Part shown: piece by piece, positions 12,536 through 25,384 of the stretch | Layout: each line of letters starts with the position of its first letter | Position numbering within the stretch: position 1 is the first letter of the stretch | Assembly (NCBI GenBank): GCA_038087875.1 | Contig: JAXLNO010000438.1 | Location: forward strand, 62,001-126,000 | Direction: 5' to 3' | DNA length: 64,000 nucleotides | Source: Malacoraja senta | Lineage: Eukaryota | Notes under the pieces: generated by a model | What the model saw: the letters and a program-made list of their open reading frames with translations, nothing else | Database searches by the model: none | What the model was told of the DNA's origin: nothing | Translations under genes and position numbers: made by a program

Positions 12536-13946
12536 CACTGAGACTGCACTCACTAAGGTCCTAAACGACATACATCTAAACAGTGATGCATCAAAAGTTT
12601 CAGTTTTGGTACTTTTAGATCTCAGTGCTGCTTTTGATACGGTGGACCACAACATACTGCTTGACAGACTGGAGAAGTGGGTGGGACTCTCTGGTTCTGT
12701 GCTGGACTGGTTCAAATCTTACTTGAAGGATCGGGATTATTTTGTTTCCCTTGGTAATTTTGAATCAGAACGTACAAAACTCACATGCGGGGTTCCTCAG
12801 GGCTCCATTCTTGGACCCATTTTGTTCAACATTTATATGCTCCCCCTAGCTCAGATCATAGAGCATTTTAACATATCCTACCACACTTATGCCGATAACA
12901 CACAACTATATATCGCAGTGTCACCACATGACCATAGTCCCCTACACTCACTGAGCCAATGTGTCAAACATATCAATGAGTGGATGAACCAGAACTTCCT
13001 CCAGCTCAATGCAAATAAGACAGAAATTATTGTCTTTGGTCCCAAAAAAACAAGGCTAGAGGTGAGTGCTCAACTCGACTCAATTGCACTGAAAACCACA
13101 GACAAAGCCAGAAACCTTGGTGTAGTTATGGACTCGGATTTGAATTTTAACAGCCATATAAAGACCATTACCAGATCTGCCTATTACCATCTAAAAAATA
13201 TTGCAAGAATCAAGGGATTTCTGTCCAAAGAAGACACTGAAAAACTTGTTCATGCATATATTTTTAGTAGGTTAGATTATTGTAATGGCATCTTTACAGG
13301 TCTCAATAAAAAATCAATTAAACAACTGCAGCTTATCCAAAATGCCGCTGCCAGAGTCTTGACCAACACCAAGAAAATGGACCACATTACACCTGTCCTT
13401 AAATCTTTGCACTGGCTCCCTGTGTGTAAGAGGATAGATTTTAAAATTCTGTTACTGACCTTCAAGGCACTGAATGGTCTAGGTCCAAAATACATCTCTG
13501 ACCTACTTGTTGTATATGAGGCGCGTAGACTCCTCAGGTCTTCAGGGACAGGTTTACTCTGTGTTCCCAGGGTCAGAACTAAAAAGGCTGAAGCAGCATT
13601 GGGTTTTTATGCTCCACACCTGTGGAACAAGCTCCCTGAATACCTGAGATGTGCACATGCTGTAAGCGCATTTAAATCAGGCCTTAAAACACTGTTGTTT
13701 ACTATAGCTTTTCCATAACCTGACATGCAGGTAATCTTAACTGTCTAATTTTAACCCTTTTATGTGCTTTTTAAAATTGTTCTATTACTTCATTGACGTT
13801 GTTTTATTATTCATACATTTGTCGTATTGCTTATTTTGCAATTTTTAATTTTTGACTATTTTATATTTTCTTTCCTGTAAAGCACCTTGAATAGCTGTTT
13901 GCACGAATGGTGCTATACAAATAAATTTGCCTTGCCTTGCCTTGCC
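12536..13946 (+). mobile_element. 5'-truncated L2-clade LINE with an uninterrupted RT C-terminal ORF
   Basis: ORF 12606-13718: LLDLSAAFDTVDH, GVPQGSILGP, YADN (variant of YADD), SRLDYCN, LQLIQNAAARVL, LHWLPV. (CCTTG)n tail. Possible TAGTG TSD at 12531-12535 / 13947-13951. Confidence 0.92.
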
Positions 13947-15204
13947 TAGTGAGTTTAACCTGAAGCAAGAGGATGTAACAGCATTGGAAGCTGTCCAAAG
14001 GAGATTCACCTCGCTAATTCCTGGGATGGGATACTAGACAGTGTGAGCGTGTATTTCTTGGAGTTTAGCAAAATGAAGAGTGACATTATTCAAGCATCCA
14101 GAAAACCAAGCTGTGCTTGATGCAGTACAAGTTGAGTTGTTTCCACTAGTGGGAGAGTCACAAACAAGGGGACATAGCTACAAAATAAGGGGCCAATCAT
14201 TTAAGGTGCATAGAAATTTCTTCTCATTGATGGCAATCACCCCCTGGGATTCCTTTCCCTCGAGGGTGGTGCAAGCCTGATCATTTGATATATTTAAGGT
14301 GGTGAGAGATTAATATATGAAAGAATGAGGAATTAAAGGTTATGGGGAACTGGCATGGAAATAGATGAGCAGACCTGTGGGACCCACTCCTCTTCTTGTG
14401 TTCAATGTGATCCATGTTTCTACATAGCTCTCACCTGCTGTATGCCATATTGCAAACATGTATGTTGTTGCTAATTCTTCCTGTCGGGTTTAACTTCAAG
14501 CTATTTAAAACCCCAGTTTAAAATGGCACGCCTAATATTTGGATTTTGTTATGTGTTAAATAGCACCAGATCTTGTGGATTTTTGAAACATTACGAACTA
14601 AGTCTAAACTTTAATAGCATCCTCATCGCAACTTTGATATGCAGGTTTATATCTGTTGGAAATAGAAATTTTCAAAAAAATGATTGCTTCAGAACATATA
14701 ACAAAAGCACAGATAGATGTTTTAAAGTGGAATGATATGAGACATTATATATTATGGACTAGTAGAATCAATTGACTATAGTGAAAGAAGAAAATATGTA
14801 ACAATGTTTTAGTCTGAGAACTGAGGATCTTGGGCTTGGGATAGAGCTCAGCGCACTTATGCAATTTTAACACTTAAGAGCATTTAAAATATGTTGTGCT
14901 CAGCCCTGTCTGGTCTTCCGGTCATTGCTGTTGGTTAAAGGATTATAAAAAGGAAGGAGGGAGAAATTGATATCAAGACATGTCTGCATATTTGCAATAG
15001 TTGATGTAAGCCATGATTCTAACCAATCTCAACAAAGAGCGATATGAGAAAAAGACTGTCACAGCCCTGACATTTTATCAATATCTCTCACCACAGCGCT
15101 GCTCATCTCAAACTTCCTGCAAGGTTTGATATAAACTTAGAAATAATGGAAAACTATTTAACCTGTAGCAGCTGCACTCCAAATAAATGGCACCCGACAT
15201 CTGT

Positions 15205-15902
15205 AGTCATTAGGTCATAAGGAATAGGAGTAGAATTAGGCCATTTAGCCAATCAAGTCTGCTTCGCCATTCAACCATGGCTGATCTCATTAACCCCATT
15301 CTCCTGCCCTCTCCCCATAAATTCTGATACCTGTACTAATCAAGTCCTGAGGGACTGTCATAAGATCATAAGAGATAGGAGTAGAATTAGGCCATTCAGC
15401 CCCCATATAGTCTATTCTGCCATTCAATCATGACTGATCTATCTCTCCCTCCCAACCCCATACTCCTGCCTTATCTCCATAACCTCTGACACTAGTAATC
15501 AAGAATCTATCTATCTCTCTTAAAATATCCACAAACCCACCACCACTCACTGACTAAAGACATTTCTCCTCATCTCCTTCCTAAAGAACATCCTTTAATT
15601 CTGAGGTTATTACCTCTTGTCTTAGACTCACCCACCAATGGAAACATCCTCTCCACATCCACTCTTTCCAAGCCTTTCACTATTCTGTATGTTTCAATGA
15701 GGTCCCCCCTCATTCTTCTAACCATCAGCGAGTACAGTCCCAGTGCCAATAAACGCTCATCATAGGTTAACCTACTCATTCATGGGATCATTCTTGTAAA
15801 CCTCCTCTGGACCCCTACCAGAGCCAGCACATCCTTCCTCCGATATGGTGCCCAAAATTGCTCACAATATTCGAAACGTGGCCTTACCAGCGCCTTGTAC
15901 AA
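15205..15902 (-). mobile_element. CR1 LINE 3' fragments (duplicated 3' end)
   Basis: ORF 15570-15779 LGLYSL..RRMRGDLIETYRIVKG. Two copies of ATAGGAGTAGAATTAGGCCATT at ~15225 and ~15375. Confidence 0.85.
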
Positions 15903-16754
15903 CCCTAACTGTCCAACAAGAAAGAGTTAATGATGGCAGTTATTAATGTGCTTGGTGACGTTCTTCAGCACGTCTTCATACAGTGCCTGAAGTGTGATTT
16001 TTTTTTTTTGTGCTGCTGTTTTTGTTTGGCAGCTAAACTTTACATTTGTGGTAATGCAACCACTGCTGGTATTTTGGAGTGTTTTTCTCGTGTTTGTGCA
16101 TCACCATGCAACAGGTGAAAACTTCAGCAGCTGGTGAAATAGCAGAAGAGACCATGGCTTTCCCAGGCCAGCTGTCTGCTGAGTGATTAAAATTAGTCTT
16201 TCCACATTGGCTAATTTTATTTTAAACGGATAAAGGCCAGGATTGCATCGCATTTTGTGGTGATGTTGGGATCATAGGAGTCTCATTCCAGCAGACATAA
16301 TTATAGATGACCCTTTATAGGGTATTTAAATTTCCAGTAGTTGTGTTTCAGTCTATAAAATTCTATTCATTTATATTTTATGCCAGTGAATTTATATTGC
16401 CCCTAAATATCACAGCAAATGTAATGCAACATAATTCTCTGGTGACTTTCTGCACGAATTGTCTCTTTAGTACTCTAATTCACCATCAAAATGGAAGGCT
16501 TTCTTCATTGGTCATGGAGTCAGATGATTATTGACATTTACATCTAAATAACAGTTAGAGATTTATGGTAATTAAAAGGAAATGTTCCCGATAAAGGCTT
16601 TGAAGCTTAATTAAAAAACATGTTTTTAGGGAATAGTCCATTTTCAGATGCAAAGACAAAATTAATGCAGTTGAAAGAATGGCTTCTCGTATACAGAAAT
16701 ATTAAACCTGAAGCTGAAAGCTAATGCTAAATGGTGGAACTATTTAATGAATGT

Positions 16755-18125
16755 AGATCACAGAAAAGTGCAGCACAGGACAGACCTTTTTTTTCACTGT
16801 TGAACCTGATACCAACTTAACTTAATCTCCTCTGCCTGCATGTGATCCATACCCCTCCAATCCCTGCATATTCATGTGTCTATCTAAAAGTCTCTAAAAT
16901 GACACTATTGTATTTGCCTCCACCACCACCAGTGCGTTCCAGGCACCCACCACTCTCGTCCTGGACTTCGCCTGTGGTGAGAGAAGATGCAAAGATCTTT
17001 GTTAAAGCTCCTGCCTCTCTTAATAACCTGGGATAGACCTTGTCAGGCCCTGGAGATTTATCCACCTTGATACTCTTCAAGAGCCCCAACAACTCATCCA
17101 TATTAATCTCAAACTCCCCTTGTATATTAGTATTCTCCACACTGAACTCCATGTCCTTTTCCTTGGTGAATGCAGAAGCAAAGTACTCATTTAGATCCTC
17201 ACCTACATCCTCTGACTCCAAGCATAAATTCCCTCCTTTATCTTTGAGTGACCCTACCTTCTTGGTCGCCCTCTTGTTTTTAATGTACAGATAAAAAGCC
17301 TTTGGATTTCTTTATTTTCGTTCACCAAAAACGTTATGTGGCACCTTTTGGCCATCCTAATTGCACACTTGAGTTATTTTTTACTTGCTTTGAATTCCTT
17401 CAAGGCCCTGTCTGATTTCATGTTTCTAAACCTTGCATGTGCTTCCTTTACTTTTTGCTCAAATTTATAACCTCTTTGATTATCCAAGGTTCCCTTACCT
17501 TGCTTGCCTTACTGCAACGTGGCAGTCCTACACTCTGATCAGTTGGCCTTTAAACAATTCCCAACATATCAGAATGTGTAGGAAAGAACTGCAGGTGCTG
17601 ATTTAAATCGAAGGTAGACACAAAATGCTGGAGTAACTCGGCGGGACAGGCAACATCTGTGGAGAGAAGGAACGGGCGACGTTTCGGGTCGAGACTGATT
17701 TTGTGTCTCCCTCCCACATATCAGATGTGGACTTACCCAATAACAACTGCTCCAAATTTACTCCGAACGTCCTAGTTCCTGTTTAATAATGCTGTAATCT
17801 GCCTTGCCCTAATTTAGTACATTCCCCTAAGGCCTGGAGTTAACCTTATTCATAACTATCTTAAAACCTATGGAGTTATGATCACTGTTTCCAAAATTTT
17901 CTTCCACTGAAACACCAGTCATCTGGCCAGGCTCATATCCCAGTATAGTCTAGTATGGTCCCTCCTCGAATTGGACTATTCACATGCCATTTCAGAAAAC
18001 CCTCTTAAATACACCTAACAAATTCTGCTCCATCTAGGTGTTTTGGACTAAATCCAGTCAATATTAAAGTTACCTACTCCAACAACCCAGTTGCTTTTGC
18101 AGCTTTTTGCATTATGCCTACATAT
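16755..18125 (-). mobile_element. Older CR1 LINE fragments with a short PLE-derived insertion (~17576-17710)
   Basis: ORF 16880-17221 LNEYFASAFTKE...KSPGPDKVYPRLLRE. ORF 18048-18251 VVGVGNFNIDW. Confidence 0.8.
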
Positions 18126-19039
18126 TTGATCCTCTATCTTAGACCTATGTAAATTATCTGCTGTTACAGGGATGGGCTGGGTTATGGGATGAAATATGGG
18201 GGGAAAGGGTGAAGTAATGGGTGAAGAAATGATCAGATCAGCCTGCAGCATTGAAGAAATTGTGTGATGTTGCTAAAACTAGCTGGGAGCTTCAGTAGTC
18301 CCATGTTCCTTGTACTTTACTGGTTTATTTTTCTTTCATAAGCTTTCGTTTTTATACATCCTTGAAGTAATTTTGAAGATTCACAAATGTAAAATAATTC
18401 TGTTATTGCAAGTGCTGTGCTGTACATAATGTCGCTAAAAGTCGATCAGATTTCCTAACTGACAGGGTGTGGGACTTTGTGTTGGAGGCTCACAAAGTCA
18501 TCTTAAGTATATTACATGGAAAGATTATCCTTTGTGAGATTTAAAATGTAAACCCAAATGACCTGCTAAAGGCCCACGTCATCGTATTCCGACTTGTGAG
18601 AACATTTAATCACAATGGGAGAGTACTGGAAGTCTGCCATAAGTTATAATACATTTACATACACACTGTTCCTTAGCTCACTTTATACAGGGTGTTGCAT
18701 TGTATATTTTAGCAAACAACTGGTCATTTGGTAAGATGCAGTTACATTGTTTAAGAACTAAGCTTAATCATTAATGTAACCCGGGTCATTTTGCAATATT
18801 GGCTACAGCCTCTCCCACAGCCACGCTTTTAACATCCTTCTGTTATCTCTTTAGTGTTAGAATTTTGTCAAAATGTCTTTTTATATTACGTCAATATTTG
18901 TCAATTGTTAAATTGGAGGAGTTAACATTTAATGTTCAGTTGATGATTTAGCTTTTTACAAACTTAATCCTGAACACACTTACATTAACTTTTTCACTAA
19001 ATATTACTTACAGTATGGTATTTAAAAACTTTGGCTGTT

Positions 19040-20620
19040 AACCATATAACCATATAACCATTACAGCACGGAAACAGGCCATCTCAGCCCTTCAAGTCCG
19101 TGCCGAACATTTTTTTTTCTTCCTTTTTCCCCCTTCTTTCTTCTTTCTACCTGCACTCAGACCATAACCCTCCTTTTTTCCCCCTTCTCTTCCCTTCCCG
19201 TCCATATACCCATCCAATCTATTTTTAAAGGATAAAATCGAACCTGCCTCCACCACTTCCACTGGAAGCTCATTCCACACAGCTACCACTCTCTGAGTAA
19301 AGAAGTTCCCCCTAATGTTACCCCTAATGGCTCTGTCCCACGGGCAGGCAGTTACTGGCGGTGAAGCGCGGCGTCGCCGGAAGAGGGGACCGCACGGCAA
19401 CCGCGAGAGCGCCGCGCGTATGCCGCGGGAGCGCCGCACGGATGCCGCGCGGGGGCCGAGTGATCTCCGTACGGCCCGTCCCACGAGCTTGCGGTAAGTT
19501 AAATAAAATTAAACGTTGCCGGGCCGACTGCGAAAGGACGTCGCGCGGCGTCGGGTGATGACGACATCGCGCAACGCAACGCGCTACGCGATGACATCAT
19601 TTCGGATCGCGGGGCTGTGGCGGTGCTAGTGGTGATCGCGGTGCTCTGGCGGCGGCTGTGGCGGTGCTCGTGCCGCACCCGTGCCGCACTGGCGGCGGCT
19701 GTGGCGGTGCTAGTGGTGCTCACGGCACTAACGGCGCACTGGCGGCGGCTGTGGTGGTGCTCGTGCCGCACTGGTGGCGGCTGTGGTGGTGCTCGTGCCG
19801 CACTGGCGGCGGCTGTGGTGGTGCTCGTGCCGCACTGGCGGCGGCTGTGCGGTAGGACAACATTTTTGAACGTTGGTTTTTTGTGAGCACCGTGCGGTGT
19901 TGGGACCAACACCGCACGGTTCCGGCGGTGTGCGTGGGACCAACCCCGCAGTCTCTGGCGGTCCACGAGCGGTCCAAACTTCCTGCTTCACCGCCAGTAA
20001 CTGCATACCCGTGAGACAGGCCTTTTAACTTCTGTCCCTTAATTCTCAAGTCATGTCCCCTTGTTTGAATCTTCCCTACTCTCAATGGGGAAAAGCTTAT
20101 CCACGTCAACTCTGTCTAACCCGTTCATCATTTTAAAGACCTCCATCAAGTCCCCCCTTAACCTTCTGCGCTCCAAAGAATAAAGACCTAACTTGTTCAA
20201 CCTTTCTCTGTAACTTAGTTGCTGAAACCCAGGCAACACTCTAGTAAATCTCCTCTGTACTCTCTCTATTTTGTTGACATCCTTCCTATAATTAGGCGAC
20301 CAAAACTGCACTCCATACTCCAGAATTGGCCTCACCAAGGCCCTGTACAATTTTAACATTACATCCCAACTTCTATATTCAATGCTCTGATTTATAAAGG
20401 CCAGCACACCAAAAGCTTTCTTTACCACCCCATCTACATGAGATTCCACCTTCAGGGAACTATGCACAGTTATTCCTAGATCCCTCTGTTCAACTGCATT
20501 CTTCAATTCACTACCATTTACCATGTATGTCCTATTTTGATTTGTCCTGCCAAGATGTAGCACCTCACATTTATCAGCATTAAACTCCATCTGCCATCTT
20601 TCAGCCCACTCTTCCAAATG
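19040..20620 (-). mobile_element. CR1 LINE 3' portion interrupted by a Harbinger-like element
   Basis: (AACCATAT)n tail. ORF 20051-20617 WQMEFNADKCEVLHLG...LEYGVQFWSP...RRRLRGDL. Confidence 0.92.
19328..20024. mobile_element. PIF/Harbinger-like non-autonomous element with internal GC-rich minisatellite
   Basis: ~40-bp TIRs: ...CTGTCCCACGGGCAGGCAGTTACTGGCGGTGAAGC versus GCTTCACCGCCAGTAACTGCATACCCGTGAGACAGGCC. TAA/TTA flanks. It splits the CR1 sequence CCCCTAA|ACTTCTGTCCC. Confidence 0.75.
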
Positions 20621-20994
20621 GCATAGTGTTGGAGTGCACTAATCCACATTTGTTATTTATGATGGAAAATATGTGCATGGGTTGCTAGAGACACTTTCAT
20701 CAACAACATTTCTCAAAGAATACTGGAATAAAAGGAATGGGAAGATATTGGGCAAGATGAATTCAAGCTGCTGTTCAAGGTACAATAGAATTGTACAGCA
20801 CAGGAACAGGCCCTTTGGCCCACAATGTTTCTTCTGAATATGATGCGAAGATTAGCTCTTATCTGTCCGATGAACGCTTGACCTGAAACGTCACCTATTC
20901 CTTTTCTCCAGAGATGCTGCCTGACTCGCGAAGTTACTCCAGCACTTTGTGTCTATCTTCAGAGTAAACCAGCATCTGCAGTTCTTTCCCACAC

Positions 20995-23140
20995 ACCCTA
21001 TATATCCATGTTCCTATCCAAAAGTTAATTCTTAATGCCAATGTCGTATCTGCCTCTACCAGCAGTGCATTCCAAGCATTTAAATTAAAAAAACGTTGCC
21101 CTGCATATCTCCTTTTAAATTTTGTCCCTCTCGCCTTAAAACTATGCCCTCTCGCACTTGATACTTCCATCCTGGGAAAATGGTTCTGAGTGTCTACTTT
21201 TAAGTTCTAAGTATCATGCCTCTTATAATTTTATGCAGTTCATTAGCATTGGAGATCATTGGCATTCGGCTTCTTGGCACAAATGAGATGATTTTAATGA
21301 GACCATGTGTCCAAGAGAAATTTAAAAAAAATTGATATTGGAATTGTATTAATGAAATGTAATGCAATAGGTACGTTGAACAGTACCATGCTAGAACAGG
21401 TCCTTCAGCTCACCATGTCCATGCTGACCAATCTCTCGACTCCTTGCATGTGTCTGTCTAAATACCTCTTAAACATCGCTACCACTTCCCCCCCGCACAC
21501 AGTCCAGGACGTACCATTGTCTGTGCAAAATAAAACTCAACGTACCGTGCATATTTCCTTTGACCTTTCCACACTGGGGGGGGGGGAGGAGGGGGGAGAC
21601 TCTGATTATCTACCCTATCTAGTCTCATATGCTTATAAAGTTCTGTCAGCCTTTGAAAACAATCCAAGTTTGTCCAACGTCTCCTTATAGCTAACACACT
21701 CCAGTCCAGGCAATTTCCTGGTAAAACTCTTCTGCATGTTTTCCAAAGCCTTCACATCCTTCCTATAGTGTGCGAACAGCACAGCAGAGTATTCCAGATG
21801 TTGCCTATCTAAAGTAGACAAAAAATGCTGGAGAAACACAGAGGGTGAGGCAGCATCTATGGAGAGAAGGAATAGGCAACGTTTAGGGTCGAGACCCTTC
21901 TTCAGACTGATGCCATTCTAAAGTTTTATACAGCTGCAATGTGACTTCCTTACTTTTATACTTGATGCCCCAACTGATGAATGCAAGCATGTCCATTTGT
22001 GTTGCCACTTTCAGGGAGTTTTAGACTTGCACTCCAAGATCTATCTGTACATCAATGATCCGAAGGACCCTGCTACTTGTGTAATTTCCTCATGCATTTG
22101 ACTTAAAATGTAACACCTGGTATTTGTCTGGATTAAACTTGTTATGCCATTTCTCTGCCCATACTTCTGATTTATCCAAATATTGTTGTATCATTTGATA
22201 ATCTTTCTCACTTTCCACAACTCCACCAGTTTTAGTGTAATCTGCAAACTGTCAGACCATTTACATTTTCATTCAGATCTATTATGTATCTTAAACAGCA
22301 GAGGTCCCAACACTCATCCCTGCTGAACACTACAGGTCACTGACCTCCAGTCAGAGAAACCACCCTGTGTCTTCTATCCCCAAACCAATTTTGTATCCAA
22401 TTTATCATTCATTGTGCATCTCTTGTGACAATCTTCTGGGACAGTCAATTGTGGGACATTGTCAAGTGCTTTACTAAAGTCCATGTAGATAACAAAGAGT
22501 GCCCTTTCATCTTCATCTCTTCCTCTGCACAAACACACATCAAATTTGTGACATGACCTCCCCCACACAAAGCCACATTGAGTCTGTGCTTTTCAAATGC
22601 AAATAAAATTGTTCTCTAGTAATCTTTTCCAATAATTTCCCTATCACTGACATAAGGTTCACTGGTCTATAATTTCCTTGTTTGTCCCTGTTGCCTTAAG
22701 CAAAAATATGCTATTGCCAATTCTCCAGTGTTCTGGAACCTCACCAATAACTAAAGAAGATGTATAGATCTCAATCTAAGCCACAGCAAACTCCTCCCTT
22801 GCTATCTCAGTATCTGGGGATAGATTACATCAAGCCTGTGGTTTTATTCACCTTTACTGTTTCTCAATGTACACCACAACTCTAGCTCCTTAACATTGAC
22901 GTGTTTTTGAATGTGAATACAGCACTACCTGATCTCAACGTCATTCATGCCGCTTGATGAATGCTAATGTGAAGTACTTGTTAAGAACCTCACCCACCTC
23001 CTCTGACCTCAGGCAGAGATTTCCTCCTTTGTCCTTGAGTGGACCTAACCTTTCCCCAGCTACTCGCTTGTCCTTAATATACATATAGTATGCTTTGGAT
23101 CTCTCCTTAATCCTGCTTGCAAGGACATGTCATGGCCCTT
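20995..23140 (-). mobile_element. Degenerate CR1 LINE fragments
   Basis: ORF remnants HLEYSAVLFAHYRKDVKALENMQKSFTRKLPGL (21633-21839) and IYMDFSKALDNVP (22374-22568). Confidence 0.75.
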
Positions 23141-23769
23141 CCTTATTTATGCTTGATTTGTTTGAGGATATGAAGTTAGAAATGCAAATTTCAAAAATGC
23201 TAGCCAAGTAAAAAAGGAACCCAGTGCACGAATACCTCTTTTAAATAAGGATAGCAAAAATGATGATGCCATACCTCACAGTAATGTGTACAATGTCCTG
23301 TATTGTTCTATTAAGACTTCCTTGCTTTTGTACATGATTCAAATTTCAATAAAGGCCAACATTCCTTGAGGAGCATCCCGACCTGAAACATCACCTATCT
23401 GCTATCTCCAGAGACGCTGCTTGACCTACTGAGTTACACCAGCACTTTGTGCCCATTTAGGCCAACATACCACTTGCTTTCTGGATTACTCAAATGTTAA
23501 CTTTGTGGTTCGTGTGTGAGAATACCCAGACTGTTCAGTTGTGCCCCGTGGTCAAAGAGTCATACAGCACGGAAACAGCCCCTTTGGCCCAACTCGTTCC
23601 TGCCCTATCAAAACAAGTCCCATTTGGCCAATATCCCTTTCAACTTTTCATATCCATGTAACTAAGATAGACACAAAAAGCTGGAGTAACTCAGCGAGAC
23701 AGGCAGCATTTTGGAGAGAAGGAATGGGTGGTGCTTCGGGTCGAGAAGCTTCTTCATTCCTTCTAATAG

Positions 23770-24320
23770 TAATAGTAATTTTATTGTCAATTCACATAAT
23801 GTAACGAGTAGTTACACAGAGGATTGAAATTGCGTTTCTCCATACTCCAATGTGCAAGTAATATTTATAAAACAGACAGACAGTGTACCAATAAAAGTAG
23901 ACAATGGACATATACATTATATAAAATATTCATTAATAAAAGGTGCAATATAGCATACTGTGCAAGTAGCATACTGCAGACATTGTGTTAATGTTAATTT
24001 GGCAGTCAGTTGGTCTTTGTGTAATGTTCATGGAATTTTCTTTAGTGTGTTGAGAAGTCTGATGGCCTGAGGGAAAAAGCTGTTTTTGAATCTTGTGGTT
24101 TTGCTCCGCATGCTGCGGTAGCGCTTGCCGGATGGTAGGAGGGTGAACAGTTTGTGTGCTGGGTGGGTGGTGTCTTTGATGATGTTAGTTGCTCTCTTGC
24201 GACAGCGAGATGGATATAAGTCTTGAATTGCTGGTTGGGGTGATCTAGTGATCTTCTCTGCTGTCCTCACCACTCTCTGTAGGGCCTTCTGGTCAGCAGC
24301 AGAGCAACTGCCATACCAGA
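23770..24320 (-). mobile_element. Rex1/Babar-like LINE 3' fragment
   Basis: ORF 24028-24273 VRTAEKI...IIKDTTHPAHKLFTLLPSGKRYRSMRSKTTRFKNSFFPQAIRLLN. Confidence 0.8.
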
Positions 24321-25384
24321 CTGAGAGACCAGAGATGCTGCCTTTCTCACTGAGTTACTCCAGCTTTTTGTGTCTATCTTCGATTTAAACCAGCATCTGC
24401 ACTTCCTTCTTACACATATCAATGTATGTGTCCAAGTGTCTTTTAAATGTTCTGACAGTACCTGTCCCAATTCCTCCTTTGACAGCTTAATCCATATACC
24501 AACCACCCTCTGAGTGAAAAAGTTGCTCCTCAGGTTCCTATCAAATCTTGCCCCTTTCACCTTCAACGCGTCATCTGGATTTTGATTCCCCTACCTTGGG
24601 TAAATGGCTCTGTGCATTCACAATATCTATTCCCCATTCTTCCAATTAAAGCAACATTGTGCTTTTCCACTCCTCCAGCAAATGGATGATATCCTATTTC
24701 CTCACAGCATACTCCAAATCATTTTCTCATGGTGGCAATATCAAATAGTGGAGGGTGAAGCTTCAAGGTCAGAGGGGGAAAGTTTAAAGGAGACGCTTGG
24801 GCCAAGATTTTCACGCAGAGTGGCAGGTGCCTGGAATGTGCTGACAGGGGTGGTGGTGGTGGAGGCAGATACGATAGGCACATGACAATGCAGGAAAAGG
24901 AGGAATGTTCTATGAATATGTTCAATACTGTTTTATATTTAATTCCCTATCGCTTTGAAGATTCTGTGCATCATAATGACTTTTGTATGATCAGCAAATC
25001 TGGTTGCAATGCAGTCAATCCCCTGATTCAGAGCATTAACACATACAGACGTCCCTTGATTTACACAAAGGTTGTTCTCCTAGAAAGTGAAATTCTGTGA
25101 ATCTAAAATTAAATTTGAAAATGTGAACCTGTGCGTGGCGTTGTATTTATCACCGTGAAAAATAACTTTGGGTTATGTATCTGATTTACAAAGAATTAAT
25201 GGCATTAGAGCAAGAATTTGTGTATTGAGGAATAGTTCACATTGTGCACACTGGAATCAAACTGCTTTCAATGTGTTCCTGCACCTCCTTATCCTGATGT
25301 CCCTTCAGTGTTTATTTAGCCAATTTTAAATTTTTTCATGGCCCTTACCCTGAACATCAGTCTGGTAGTAGGTTCAATTTCATT

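Noticed and set aside
19499..20109. Ala/Arg/His-rich ORFs as host proteins
   Set aside because: They are open frames produced by a GC-rich tandem repeat within a TIR element.
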